From: Acidimicrobiia bacterium
GTDB lineage: Bacteria; Actinomycetota; Acidimicrobiia; Spongiisociales; ZC4RG35
Direction of reading: 5' to 3'
Assembly: GCA_035620735.1 (NCBI GenBank)
Contig: DASPGH010000031.1
Span: forward strand, 1,014-65,013
Length of the DNA: 64,000 nucleotides
The notes under the pieces are model-generated. The model saw only the letters and a list, made by a program, of their open reading frames with translations, was not told the origin of the DNA and searched no databases. A program made the position numbers and the translations under genes. This document shows positions 19,001 through 27,369 of this stretch, one piece after another. How positions within the stretch are numbered: the first letter of the stretch is position 1; the number at the start of each line of letters is the position of its first letter.

Positions 19001-19960
19001 TCAGCGGGTCTCCGAGAAGAACCGACCCAGACCCTCGGCTACTGCCAGCCCGCTCCTCTGGTCGAGGGTACGCAAAGCCACCACCGCCGCCGGAGCCCTG
19101 GTCTCTTTGAGCATGGCGCTCGCCCGCCCTTCGACCCGGCCTCCGACAGTGCGGGCCAGAGCAGTGGCGAGTGCCTCACCTGCCTGTGAAGAGCTGTGTT
19201 CCGAGGCGAAGTAGTAGACGGCGTCCTCCTCTTCGCGATTCACCCGGAAAGCCACGATCAGATCGGACCCCAGCCGGTTGGCCCTTCTCGCCCTCAACCT
19301 CTCGGGGAGGGTGATGTCGCTCGATCGGGACATCACCGGAACGCCACCGGCGTCCTGAATGGCGAGAGCAGCGGTCGAAGCCGCGTTCCAGGCATCGCGT
19401 GCCTCATCGGGATCCCGGCAGTCGGCATCGAGAAACACACGGGCCCCGGCCATGGTCGAGGGCAGCATCCGCAACCATTCCCGTTCCCTGATCGCCTGAC
19501 GGCCCTCCTTCATCTCCCCCCGGGTTACGAGATGGATCTCGGTGACCACCTCAGGACCCACCCTTCCATCTTCTGCCAGGTGGCGGTTGTTCTGGAAGTC
19601 CATCACAGCGTGCTCGGTCTGGGGTCCGAAGATCCCGTCGACCTTTCCCGAATCGAACCCCAACGAGTTGAGACGCGACTGGAGCTCGGCGACATCTTCG
19701 CCCCGGATCATCGGGCGTCGCATGAAGATGATCCGATCGCCGAGCCGGTAGCCGGCCTCGTACAAGGCGCGCCATGTGTCGGGACCGACGATGCCGTCGG
19801 AATCCAGCCCCTTTGCCCGCTGGAAGTCGAAGACCGCCCTTTTCGTCCCGTCACCGAACACGGCCCGGTTGTCGCCGTTCGCGCCGAATCCAAGCGCAGC
19901 CAGCCGGTCCTGGATGTCGCGGATGGCCGGCCCTTCGTCACCAACCCGATAGAGACGCAT
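19001..19960 (-). CDS. CwlM-like protein: two PG_binding_1 repeats plus degenerate amidase_3 domain
   Basis: Two repeats of the type GFG..DG.FG..T..AV..FQ...GL..DGIVGP.T. The C-terminal amidase_3-like region has substitutions at expected Zn/catalytic positions. Synteny next to trxA/trxB as for mycobacterial cwlM. Confidence 0.75.
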   Translation of the reverse strand: MRLYRVGDEGPAIRDIQDRLAALGFGANGDNRAVFGDGTKRAVFDFQRAKGLDSDGIVGPDTWRALYEAGYRLGDRIIFMRRPMIRGEDVAELQSRLNSLGFDSGKVDGIFGPQTEHAVMDFQNNRHLAEDGRVGPEVVTEIHLVTRGEMKEGRQAIREREWLRMLPSTMAGARVFLDADCRDPDEARDAWNAASTAALAIQDAGGVPVMSRSSDITLPERLRARRANRLGSDLIVAFRVNREEEDAVYYFASEHSSSQAGEALATALARTVGGRVEGRASAMLKETRAPAAVVALRTLDQRSGLAVAEGLGRFFSETR

Positions 19961-19975
19961 TACTGGCGTGATCTT

Positions 19976-20049
19976 ATGAGGTATGAAGTGTGAAGTATGA
20001 GGTATGAAGACGCGCCAAAGCGAGAGTCTTCATACTGATACCTGATACT
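19976..20049. promoter_or_regulatory. Repeat-dense AT-rich spacer upstream of the cwlM-like gene
   Basis: 13-nt direct repeat ATGAGGTATGAAG at 19976-19988 and 19997-20009 (21-nt period). 9-bp inverted repeat TATGAAGAC 20002-20010 with GTCTTCATA 20026-20034. Tandem CTGATAC at 20035-20041 and 20042-20048. Confidence 0.6.
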
Positions 20050-20076
20050 CAAAGGGCACGAAGCCCCCGATATCGG

Positions 20077-20394
20077 TTAGACGTACTCTTTGAGCTCAGC
20101 GAGCAATCTGTGCTTGGGGGCGGCTCCCACGATGCGCTTCTTCTCTACGCCGTCTTTGAACATGATCAGGGTGGGGATGCTCATCACGTCGTGGGCCCCT
20201 GCGGTCTGCGGGTTGTGATCGACGTTCAGTTTGCCGATATCGAATCCGTCCTGTTCTTCGGCGAGCTCTTCGAGCACGGGAGCGATCACTCGGCAGGGAC
20301 CGCACCACTCAGCCCAGAAGTCGACGAGGATCGGCTTCTCACCGCTGATCTCGTCGTTGAAGACTCCGTCATTGAGGGTTTTGATCTCTGCCAC
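20077..20394 (-). CDS. trxA: Thioredoxin
   Basis: WAEWCGPCR active site, 105 aa. Confidence 0.95.
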   Translation of the reverse strand: MAEIKTLNDGVFNDEISGEKPILVDFWAEWCGPCRVIAPVLEELAEEQDGFDIGKLNVDHNPQTAGAHDVMSIPTLIMFKDGVEKKRIVGAAPKHRLLAELKEYV

Positions 20395-20460
20395 TTGCTT
20401 CTCCTGTTCTTACCTGGTTTTGGCTACTGGTGTATTACCCGAACGCGCCGGATCTCTCAC

Positions 20461-21387
20461 TCACTCCTGGTTGGCCAGCCATCGTTCGGCATCGATCGCA
20501 GCCCGGCAACCCGTGCCTGCGGCGGTCACGGCCTGACGGTAGACATGGTCGGCCACGTCGCCGGCGGCGAAGACACCTTCGACTGAGGTCCGGGTGCTGC
20601 CGTCGTCGGCGATCTCCAGATAGCCGTTGGCGTCCATCTCGAGCTGATCTACGAAGAGGTCGGTGGTCGGTTTGTGACCAATGGCAACGAAGACCCCGTC
20701 GGTCTCTAGCTGTCTTGTCTCACCGGTGACGGTGTCCTCGAGAGTCACCCCAGTGACAGTGTTCTCTCCGTGGATCTCGGTGACGACGGTGTTCCAGATC
20801 ACATCGATCTTCTCATGCTCGAGGGCTCGGGCGCCCATGATCTTGGAGGCCCTGAACTCGTCCCGGCGATGGACGATGGTGACTTTCGAGGCGAACTTCG
20901 TCAGGAACAATGCCTCTTCCATCGCAGTGTCACCGCCGCCCACGACCACGAGACGCTGATCGCGGAAGAAGAAGCCGTCGCAGGTGGCACACGCCGAGAC
21001 GCCTTTTCCTGTCAGGGTCTTCTCACCAGGGATACCGAGCCATTTCGCCTCGGCCCCGGTGGCGACGATCACGGCCTCCGCGGTGTATTCGTCAGCACCG
21101 ACGTGAAGACGGAACGGACGTGACGAGAAATCGACCTTTGTGACATCGACCTGACGCATGCGGGCGCCGAAACGCTCGGCCTGCTTGCGAAACTGGTCCA
21201 TCAACTCGGGACCCATGATCCCGTCGGGGAAACCGGGGTAGTTCTCGACATCGGTTGTGATCATCAACTGACCTCCGGCGGCCACGCCCTCGAAGACCAG
21301 TGGGTCCAGGTCGGCGCGCGCCGCATAGAGGGCGGCGGTGAGGCCCGCCGGGCCCGACCCGATGATGATCAGCTCTTCATGATTCAT
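20461..21387 (-). CDS. trxB: Thioredoxin-disulfide reductase
   Basis: [20 protein letters not shown] motif and CATCDG redox centre. Start set to ATG 21387 ([12 protein letters not shown]). Confidence 0.95.
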   Translation of the reverse strand: MNHEELIIIGSGPAGLTAALYAARADLDPLVFEGVAAGGQLMITTDVENYPGFPDGIMGPELMDQFRKQAERFGARMRQVDVTKVDFSSRPFRLHVGADEYTAEAVIVATGAEAKWLGIPGEKTLTGKGVSACATCDGFFFRDQRLVVVGGGDTAMEEALFLTKFASKVTIVHRRDEFRASKIMGARALEHEKIDVIWNTVVTEIHGENTVTGVTLEDTVTGETRQLETDGVFVAIGHKPTTDLFVDQLEMDANGYLEIADDGSTRTSVEGVFAAGDVADHVYRQAVTAAGTGCRAAIDAERWLANQE

Positions 21388-21655
21388 CTCTAGACCTCGT
21401 AAACCAAAGGATGCCCCCGGCGACGACGAGCACGACACCGAAGACCGCAAATGCCCCTGCCGTGGTCAAAGGGATCTCCAGAGCACCGAAGATCGTCCAC
21501 ACCAGGAAAACCACAAATGTCAACCCCAGAGCTGCCGTCAGGATTCCCAGACCGGTGAGCTTGATGTAGCGGGCGATGCGGTCGACGGTCATCGCCCTCA
21601 CCCGTGTCGCTACCTGCTCCAAGAGGTCGGCGAACCTCGTTGCGTATTCGTGCAT
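21377..21655 (-). CDS. Small two-TM membrane protein (Holin-X/phage-holin-3_6-like family)
   Basis: 92-aa ORF with an amphipathic N-terminus followed by two hydrophobic helices. Overlaps the trxB start by 11 nt. Confidence 0.5.
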   Translation of the reverse strand: MHEYATRFADLLEQVATRVRAMTVDRIARYIKLTGLGILTAALGLTFVVFLVWTIFGALEIPLTTAGAFAVFGVVLVVAGGILWFTRSRDES

Positions 21656-21699
21656 TGTCGGCGAGGTTAGTTGTGGTGCAACCGATCCCGGCCATCAAC

Positions 21700-22533
21700 T
21701 CATTGGTCGACGTGGATCACTTCGCAGGTCTCGAGCGCGACGAACACGACTGCGGCACTGTCGAGCGCGTCCCCGAAGGGTGTCGCCGCGACGTAGGGAA
21801 CGGCCTCCTCGGGCACTTCCTCGCCGTTCTCGATGTTCTGGTCGGGGGTCGCATTGACCTCCCTGACCTCGTAGTCATCGAAACCGGCCTGTTGTAGGCA
21901 CTCCTCGACCTCGGTCGTCGAGAAGTCTCCCAGCGATCGATAGACCGGTTCCTCTCCGGAGCGAATCTCGTCGGCTTCGGCGGAGTAGAAGGCGGTCGCG
22001 GCAGATGATGGCGGTTCGGCGGTACTCCCGTCACCGGAGTCTGCAGCAGCCATCGTGCTGGTCGGTGCTATGGCCCCGGTCTCGCCACGTGTCTCATCAG
22101 CATCCGCGTCATCGCCTGCGAACTCTTCTGCCATGGCGCTGGTGGTGTCACTTGCGGAGAGACCTGCTGTCTGGTCCTGGGCTGCTTCCATGCCGTCGCC
22201 ACCACTCTGGTTGAGGACGGCCACCAGTCCGAACAGGACGAACATTACGGCCGCTACCGGCATCCAGCGGTAGTACCAGGGGTTGGTTCGGGAGCTGACC
22301 GAACCCGCCGCCGGGCCTCGCAACTCGGTCCAGAGGTCACGGTGGAGGGCGGAGCGCTCGTTCTCAGTCATCGTCACCGGTGATGCTCCCGAAAGTGCAC
22401 TCAGGGCCAGTTTCTGCGCCTCGAACTCCGCCTTCGCCTCTTCGCTGGAGGCGATGAGGGCGTGCGCTTCGGACTCGTCCTCGAGCCGTCCCTCGGCGAG
22501 GGCAGCGATCAGCTCCAGGTCGTGGTCACGCAT
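21700..22533 (-). CDS. Anti-sigma factor, single-pass membrane protein
   Basis: Immediately downstream of the ECF sigma gene. N-terminal helical domain, TM segment WYYRWMPVAAVMFVLFGLVAVL, acidic extracytoplasmic region. Confidence 0.65.
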   Translation of the reverse strand: MRDHDLELIAALAEGRLEDESEAHALIASSEEAKAEFEAQKLALSALSGASPVTMTENERSALHRDLWTELRGPAAGSVSSRTNPWYYRWMPVAAVMFVLFGLVAVLNQSGGDGMEAAQDQTAGLSASDTTSAMAEEFAGDDADADETRGETGAIAPTSTMAAADSGDGSTAEPPSSAATAFYSAEADEIRSGEEPVYRSLGDFSTTEVEECLQQAGFDDYEVREVNATPDQNIENGEEVPEEAVPYVAATPFGDALDSAAVVFVALETCEVIHVDQ

Positions 22534-22554
22534 GTGCTCTCTTTGATGGTCTCA

Positions 22555-23100
22555 TCACACAGATTGGTTCCCTAACTCGCCGGCGAGGAGACGTCTTCCC
22601 CTGAATACCCGTGACTTCACGGTGCCCACCGGGATCTCGAGGATCTCGGCAACCTCGGGCAGGCCCATTCCCTCGATGTCCGACAGGATCACAGCCATCC
22701 TGAAGTCCTCTGGAATCGCGGCCAGGGCCCGTTGGATCTCGGGCCGCAAGCCGGCAGCGTGGACGGCATCCTCAGCCGAGTAGTCGGTCGGGTCGAGATG
22801 TTCGGGCATCGGATCGGTCTTGCGGCGTTTCTGTTTCCGCAGTTGGTCATAACATGTGTTGACAGCGATCCTGTAGATCCAGGTGCCCAGAGCCGAGTTC
22901 CCCTTGAACTGGCTCGCTTTGCGAAAGGTCGTCAGGAACGTCTCCTGCGTTGCGTCCAAGGCAAGCTCACGGTTGCCCATGATGCGGAGACACACCGAGA
23001 AGACACGGTCCTCGTGAGCACGCATCATCTGGGTGAAGGCGTCGTGGTCACCGTCGACGACGCGCGCCAGCAGCTCTGCGTCCTGGGCTGGGGTCGTCAC
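22555..23100 (-). CDS. ECF-type RNA polymerase sigma factor (SigM-like by synteny)
   Basis: Region 2 (ETFLTTFRKASQFKG..ALGTWIYRIAVNTCYDQLR) and region 4 (IPEDFRMAVILSDIEGMGLPEVAEILEIPVGTVKSRVFRGR). Confidence 0.9.
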   Translation of the reverse strand: MTTPAQDAELLARVVDGDHDAFTQMMRAHEDRVFSVCLRIMGNRELALDATQETFLTTFRKASQFKGNSALGTWIYRIAVNTCYDQLRKQKRRKTDPMPEHLDPTDYSAEDAVHAAGLRPEIQRALAAIPEDFRMAVILSDIEGMGLPEVAEILEIPVGTVKSRVFRGRRLLAGELGNQSV

Positions 23101-24386
23101 GGCTCGAATCGTAATTCTGCGATGGAGGACAGAAAGGTTCCGTCATCCTGCTCGGTGAGCTCTGTCAGCCAGATCAGCCAGAAGCCATCCTCTCTCGGAG
23201 GCAGATCCACGATCGTCGACCCGGGGGTGGCATTGACCCCGACGACGCGCTGCCATCCCGGGAGGTCTTCGAGTCTTTCTTCCGACCAGTAGATCTCGGC
23301 CAACGTCCCCTCGCTGAACCGGACCAACTCGATGGCCGAAGGGGTGCCGAGGACCCCAACGGTGACTCCCACGCCCGGTTTGAGGAGAGCGATCGGGTCG
23401 AGATAACGCTCGGTCCGCCATTCGGTCGACACGTCGCCGTCGATGAGATTCCCGGTGAGCTGGTCGTTTTCCCCGCCTTCTCCGAACGGGTCGAGTGTGC
23501 TCGCTTGCGTCACGGTGATCTCACCTTCGACCAGCGTCGTGGTCAAGTCCGGCGGCTCAGTGGTTGTCGGTGACGATTGCTCGCTCGTAGGTGTCGGAAC
23601 CACAGGCGCACTGCCACCCGACAGCAGGATCCCGATCGTGACCAGCCCCACGGCGACGATGGTGAGGCCCAGCGCGGCCAGGAGCAACCGTCGCGAGGTC
23701 GGGCCGGTGTCCGATCGGGGGGCCCGCGGAGTGGGGGCGGCGCGGAGAGCATCCTCGAGGTCGTGAGCTGTCAACGAGCCGGACTGCCCTCGACGGAGGA
23801 TCGTGTCGAGGGCCCGCGGAACTCCGTCGACCCGTTCGGACGGCGGGGGACCTCCGGGGGCGGATCCGGTGAGAGCGGTCTCGAGAGCGGCCGACAAGGC
23901 GCGAACGTCGCCTTGTGCGTCGGTCGTCGCCGTTCGCCCGAATGCGCCCAGTTTGGCGGGGTGGGCTCCCGAATATGCGATCGCGGAGGTATCGAGACGG
24001 CCATGGATGGTGCCGGCGGCGTGGAGTGCGGCCAGGGCCCCGGCCAGACCCGAGGCGTTGGGGAGAAAGTCCCGAAGATCCACCGGCTGATTTGCCGAGA
24101 CCCGATCGGCGAGGGTGGCACCCCCGGTCCACTCGGTCACGGAGTATGCCCCACCCTCCACCTCGGCCACAGCGAAGACCCGCGCCAGATGGGCATGACT
24201 CGTCCGAGCGGCGCCCCCTACCGCCTCGACGAACCGACGTCTCCTCTCGAGTGTCGACTCGGGTCCGAGGCTGCGAACCAGCACGGGACGATCCAGGGAT
24301 GAATCTGTCGCCAGCCACTCCTCGATGTCGCCGTCCCGCCCGAGACGAACCTCGAGCTGATAGCGGTCGGGTATGGCTGCAGGCAC
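23097..24386 (-). CDS. Stand-alone pseudokinase, TM helix and extracellular beta-sandwich-like domain (MviN C-terminal module-like)
   Basis: Kinase-like fold with degenerate motifs: VLVRSL in place of VAIK, IHGRLDTS in place of HRDLKxxN, KLGAFG in place of DFG. TM segment LLLAALGLTIVAVGLVTIGILL. GTG 24386 start just after the GNAT stop. GTGA overlap with the sigma gene start. Confidence 0.7.
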   Translation of the reverse strand: MPAAIPDRYQLEVRLGRDGDIEEWLATDSSLDRPVLVRSLGPESTLERRRRFVEAVGGAARTSHAHLARVFAVAEVEGGAYSVTEWTGGATLADRVSANQPVDLRDFLPNASGLAGALAALHAAGTIHGRLDTSAIAYSGAHPAKLGAFGRTATTDAQGDVRALSAALETALTGSAPGGPPPSERVDGVPRALDTILRRGQSGSLTAHDLEDALRAAPTPRAPRSDTGPTSRRLLLAALGLTIVAVGLVTIGILLSGGSAPVVPTPTSEQSSPTTTEPPDLTTTLVEGEITVTQASTLDPFGEGGENDQLTGNLIDGDVSTEWRTERYLDPIALLKPGVGVTVGVLGTPSAIELVRFSEGTLAEIYWSEERLEDLPGWQRVVGVNATPGSTIVDLPPREDGFWLIWLTELTEQDDGTFLSSIAELRFEP

Positions 24387-24390
24387 CTGA

Positions 24391-25269
24391 TCAGTCCAGC
24401 ATGCCGGAAGGCTGGTAGCGAAGGACCGAAAGCCTGGTACCGGTGTGGGAGAAGCCGAGCCGTTCGTACAACCTCTGCGCTCTCTTGTTGACGTCTCGGA
24501 CATTGAGCACCATCACGCGGGCACCGTGCGCCCGCCCCCATGCGCCTGCCGCACTCAGAAGCGAAGCGCCTCGACCTTGACCGGAATGCTCGGGGTGGAC
24601 GGCTATCCGGTGCAGATAGGAGATGCCCCACTGGTTTCCGACGATGGCGTAGCCGACGAGGGCGCGGTCGGCGAAAGTCTCGAGGAGAGCCGATGTCCGG
24701 GAGGTGTCGAATGCCTCCTCCAGAGCAAGACGGCTCATACGCCAAAAGCCCTCGAATGCGAAGGCGTCGAGTCGTGACACCGAATCCCAGTTCGGGCGGG
24801 TCGACGTGGTGACGTCGTGGACGCCGCCATCGGAAGCTCGGCCGAGGGAACGCTCCATCACCGCCAATTCGGCATGAGTCTGGTATCCGCTGCGACGCCA
24901 GACACCGGTCGCGTTCGGATACAGGGCCGGCGAGTAGATCGACGTCGTCCCCTGGTCTGCGAGATGGTCAGAGACGGATCTCAAGAACTCCGCGCCACCT
25001 CGATCGAGACGGACCATCGGATCGGTGCAGAAGTCGTTCCATGGTCTCGCCCTCGCCCGGAAGAAACCCGAAGTGAGGGTGATCGGCTCCGGCCAGGAAC
25101 CGTCGACGCGGAGAAGAGACGTCACTTGTGGGAGAGTATGAACATGGAGGTAGTAGTTGCCAGCCACCCCTCGGCGCTGCTCCACGACACGGGTCGGCGA
25201 CATCCCGAGCGACCGGCACGTGTGGAGGCGGTCCGGAGCGGTCTCGAGGAAAGCGGGATCGAGATCCAC
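24391..25269 (-). CDS. GNAT family N-acetyltransferase (start uncertain: 25269, 25203 or 25125)
   Basis: C-terminal acetyl-CoA motif IAVHPEHSGQGRGASLL...RLYERLGF. The longest form overlaps the divergent deacetylase start. Confidence 0.75.
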   Translation of the reverse strand: MDLDPAFLETAPDRLHTCRSLGMSPTRVVEQRRGVAGNYYLHVHTLPQVTSLLRVDGSWPEPITLTSGFFRARARPWNDFCTDPMVRLDRGGAEFLRSVSDHLADQGTTSIYSPALYPNATGVWRRSGYQTHAELAVMERSLGRASDGGVHDVTTSTRPNWDSVSRLDAFAFEGFWRMSRLALEEAFDTSRTSALLETFADRALVGYAIVGNQWGISYLHRIAVHPEHSGQGRGASLLSAAGAWGRAHGARVMVLNVRDVNKRAQRLYERLGFSHTGTRLSVLRYQPSGMLD

Positions 25270-26151
25270 GAGATCGAATCACCGCGCGCCGAGCGCAGCG
25301 AGCTCGCCCTGGTGCATGACTCCTCTTACATCGAGATGATCTACCGGTTCTGCGAGGAGGGCGGCGGAGCCCTCGACATGGACACCTTCGTGTCTCACGA
25401 TTCCTGGGTGGCGGCTTTGACCGCTGCCGGTGGGGTGCGAGCGCTGGTCGAGGAGCTCGAATCGAGAGGTGACGCCACAGGTTTCGCCGTGTGCCGACCC
25501 CCTGGGCATCACGCTCTGGCCGCCAGGGCCATGGGTTTCTGCCTCTTCAACAATGTCGCTGTCTCGGCTGCCTACCTGCGATCCCGGGGCGAGCGAGTGG
25601 CCATCCTCGACTGGGATGTTCATCACGGCAACGGCACACAGGCGATGACCGCAGACGATCCCGGGACCCTGTACGTCTCCATCCACCAGGACCATTTCTA
25701 CCCATTTGAGGGCAGCGTCGGCGACATCGACCACGGTGATGCAAAGGGCACTGTGGTCAACATCCCGGTTCCCGCCGCCACCGCCGGCGACGTCTACAGA
25801 AAGGCCTGGTCGGAGTTGGTGATTCCCGTCGTCACCCAGTTCGAGCCGTCATGGGTGTTCGTCAGTGCGGGTTTCGACGCACATGTGGACGATCACCTCG
25901 CCCATCTGCGTCTCGAGTCATCCGATTACGGATGGATGGCCGCCAGGCTCGGTGAGATCCATCCTGCCAACCGCACGATCGTCGCTCTCGAGGGCGGATA
26001 CGACCTCGACGCCTTGCGGGAATCGACCCGGGCCACCGTGCGCGGGCTCGGTGGCGAGACACCACCGGAAGGAAGCCGGGTCTCACCGCCGCAGTCGGAG
26101 TCGGCGCTCGAAACGGCAGCATCTGCAATTGCCCGTCACTGGTCGATCTGA
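25138..26151 (+). CDS. Histone deacetylase-family (arginase/deacetylase fold) amidohydrolase
   Basis: RPPGHHA, DWDVHHGNGTQ, SAGFDAH and EGGY motifs. Start set to ATG 25138 (MNMEVVVASHP). Confidence 0.88.
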   Translation: MNMEVVVASHPSALLHDTGRRHPERPARVEAVRSGLEESGIEIHEIESPRAERSELALVHDSSYIEMIYRFCEEGGGALDMDTFVSHDSWVAALTAAGGVRALVEELESRGDATGFAVCRPPGHHALAARAMGFCLFNNVAVSAAYLRSRGERVAILDWDVHHGNGTQAMTADDPGTLYVSIHQDHFYPFEGSVGDIDHGDAKGTVVNIPVPAATAGDVYRKAWSELVIPVVTQFEPSWVFVSAGFDAHVDDHLAHLRLESSDYGWMAARLGEIHPANRTIVALEGGYDLDALRESTRATVRGLGGETPPEGSRVSPPQSESALETAASAIARHWSI

Positions 26152-26230
26152 TCCCATTCCGCTAAACCCTCCAGGTCCTTCGCCCGATAACGGTGCTCGG
26201 AGCACATTCGCAGGCGAGGTATCTGAGCCC

Positions 26231-27310
26231 ATGGAGAACAACGTCGACGTCCTGCTGAAACAGGCTGTCACACACGGCGCATCCGACATCCACCTCAAGG
26301 TCGGTTCGGCGCCCATCGTGCGCATCGACGGCGAGTTGCGTCGTCTCGATGGCTACGAGCCGCTGCGCCCCGCCGACACTCGGGCTTACGCAGAAGCCAT
26401 GTTCACCGAGAAGGCCGCCCGCGACTTCGACGAGTCCGGTTCGACAGACTTCGCATACGGCAAGCACGAGCTCGGTCGTTTCCGGGCCACAGCCTTTCGA
26501 CAGCGGGGCTCGGTATCCCTCGTGCTGCGTCGCGTCGTCCCGGGTTCGCGCTCGTTCGCCGAGCTCGGGTTGCCCAAGGCGATCGAGCGCATAGCCGCGT
26601 CTGACAGCGGGCTGGTTCTCGTCACCGGTCCCTCGGGGTCGGGCAAAACGACGACCATGGCCTCCATCATCGATTGGATCAACTCCAACAAGGGCCGGGC
26701 GATCATCACCATCGAGGACCCGATCGAGGTGCTCCATCCCGACAAGCGCTCGGTGGTCGTCCAACGCGAGGTAGGGGTCGACACCCGGAACATGGCCGGT
26801 GCGATTCGGGCGGCCATGCGGCACGACACCGACGTGATCCTGGTCTCTGAGATCAGCGCTCCCGAGGTCGCGCAGGCTGCGATCGATGCCGCCGAGACCG
26901 GCCATCTCGTTGTTTCCTCGATGCGAACGAGCGATCCCGCCGACACAGTCAACCGTCTCATCTCGATGTTCCCCGAGCAACAGCAGGGGATCGTGCGGGG
27001 CCAGTTGGCCAGCCAGTTGAAAGCCGTGATAAGCCAGATCCTCGTCGACACCGGCCAGACCGGCCAGGTCCTCGGTTGTGAGATCCTCACCAACAACGAG
27101 CGGTCCCAGGAATGGATCCTCAGCGGTGCGGGTGCCTCACATCTCATCGAGGTCATGAAGGAGGGCGGTTTCCACGGCATGCAGACCTTCGACCAAGCCC
27201 TTCTCGAGCACGTTCTCGGAGGTGGCATCGACATCGAGGCGATCCTGCCGTACGTGCGAAATACCCACGAGGTGAAAGCCAAGGCGTTGGCCGCCGGCGT
27301 GGCTATCTGA
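26231..27310 (+). CDS. PilT/PilU-family secretion ATPase, divergent and orphan
   Basis: Walker A GPSGSGKTTT, ITIEDPIEV, DVILVSE Walker B, ETGHLV. Start at ATG 26231 (MENNVDVLLKQAV). Confidence 0.8.
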   Translation: MENNVDVLLKQAVTHGASDIHLKVGSAPIVRIDGELRRLDGYEPLRPADTRAYAEAMFTEKAARDFDESGSTDFAYGKHELGRFRATAFRQRGSVSLVLRRVVPGSRSFAELGLPKAIERIAASDSGLVLVTGPSGSGKTTTMASIIDWINSNKGRAIITIEDPIEVLHPDKRSVVVQREVGVDTRNMAGAIRAAMRHDTDVILVSEISAPEVAQAAIDAAETGHLVVSSMRTSDPADTVNRLISMFPEQQQGIVRGQLASQLKAVISQILVDTGQTGQVLGCEILTNNERSQEWILSGAGASHLIEVMKEGGFHGMQTFDQALLEHVLGGGIDIEAILPYVRNTHEVKAKALAAGVAI

Positions 27311-27369
27311 CGCCAGGTCCACCACCCATTCCACCGGGGATGGTCGGAGGGCACCGATAACCTGCGCAC

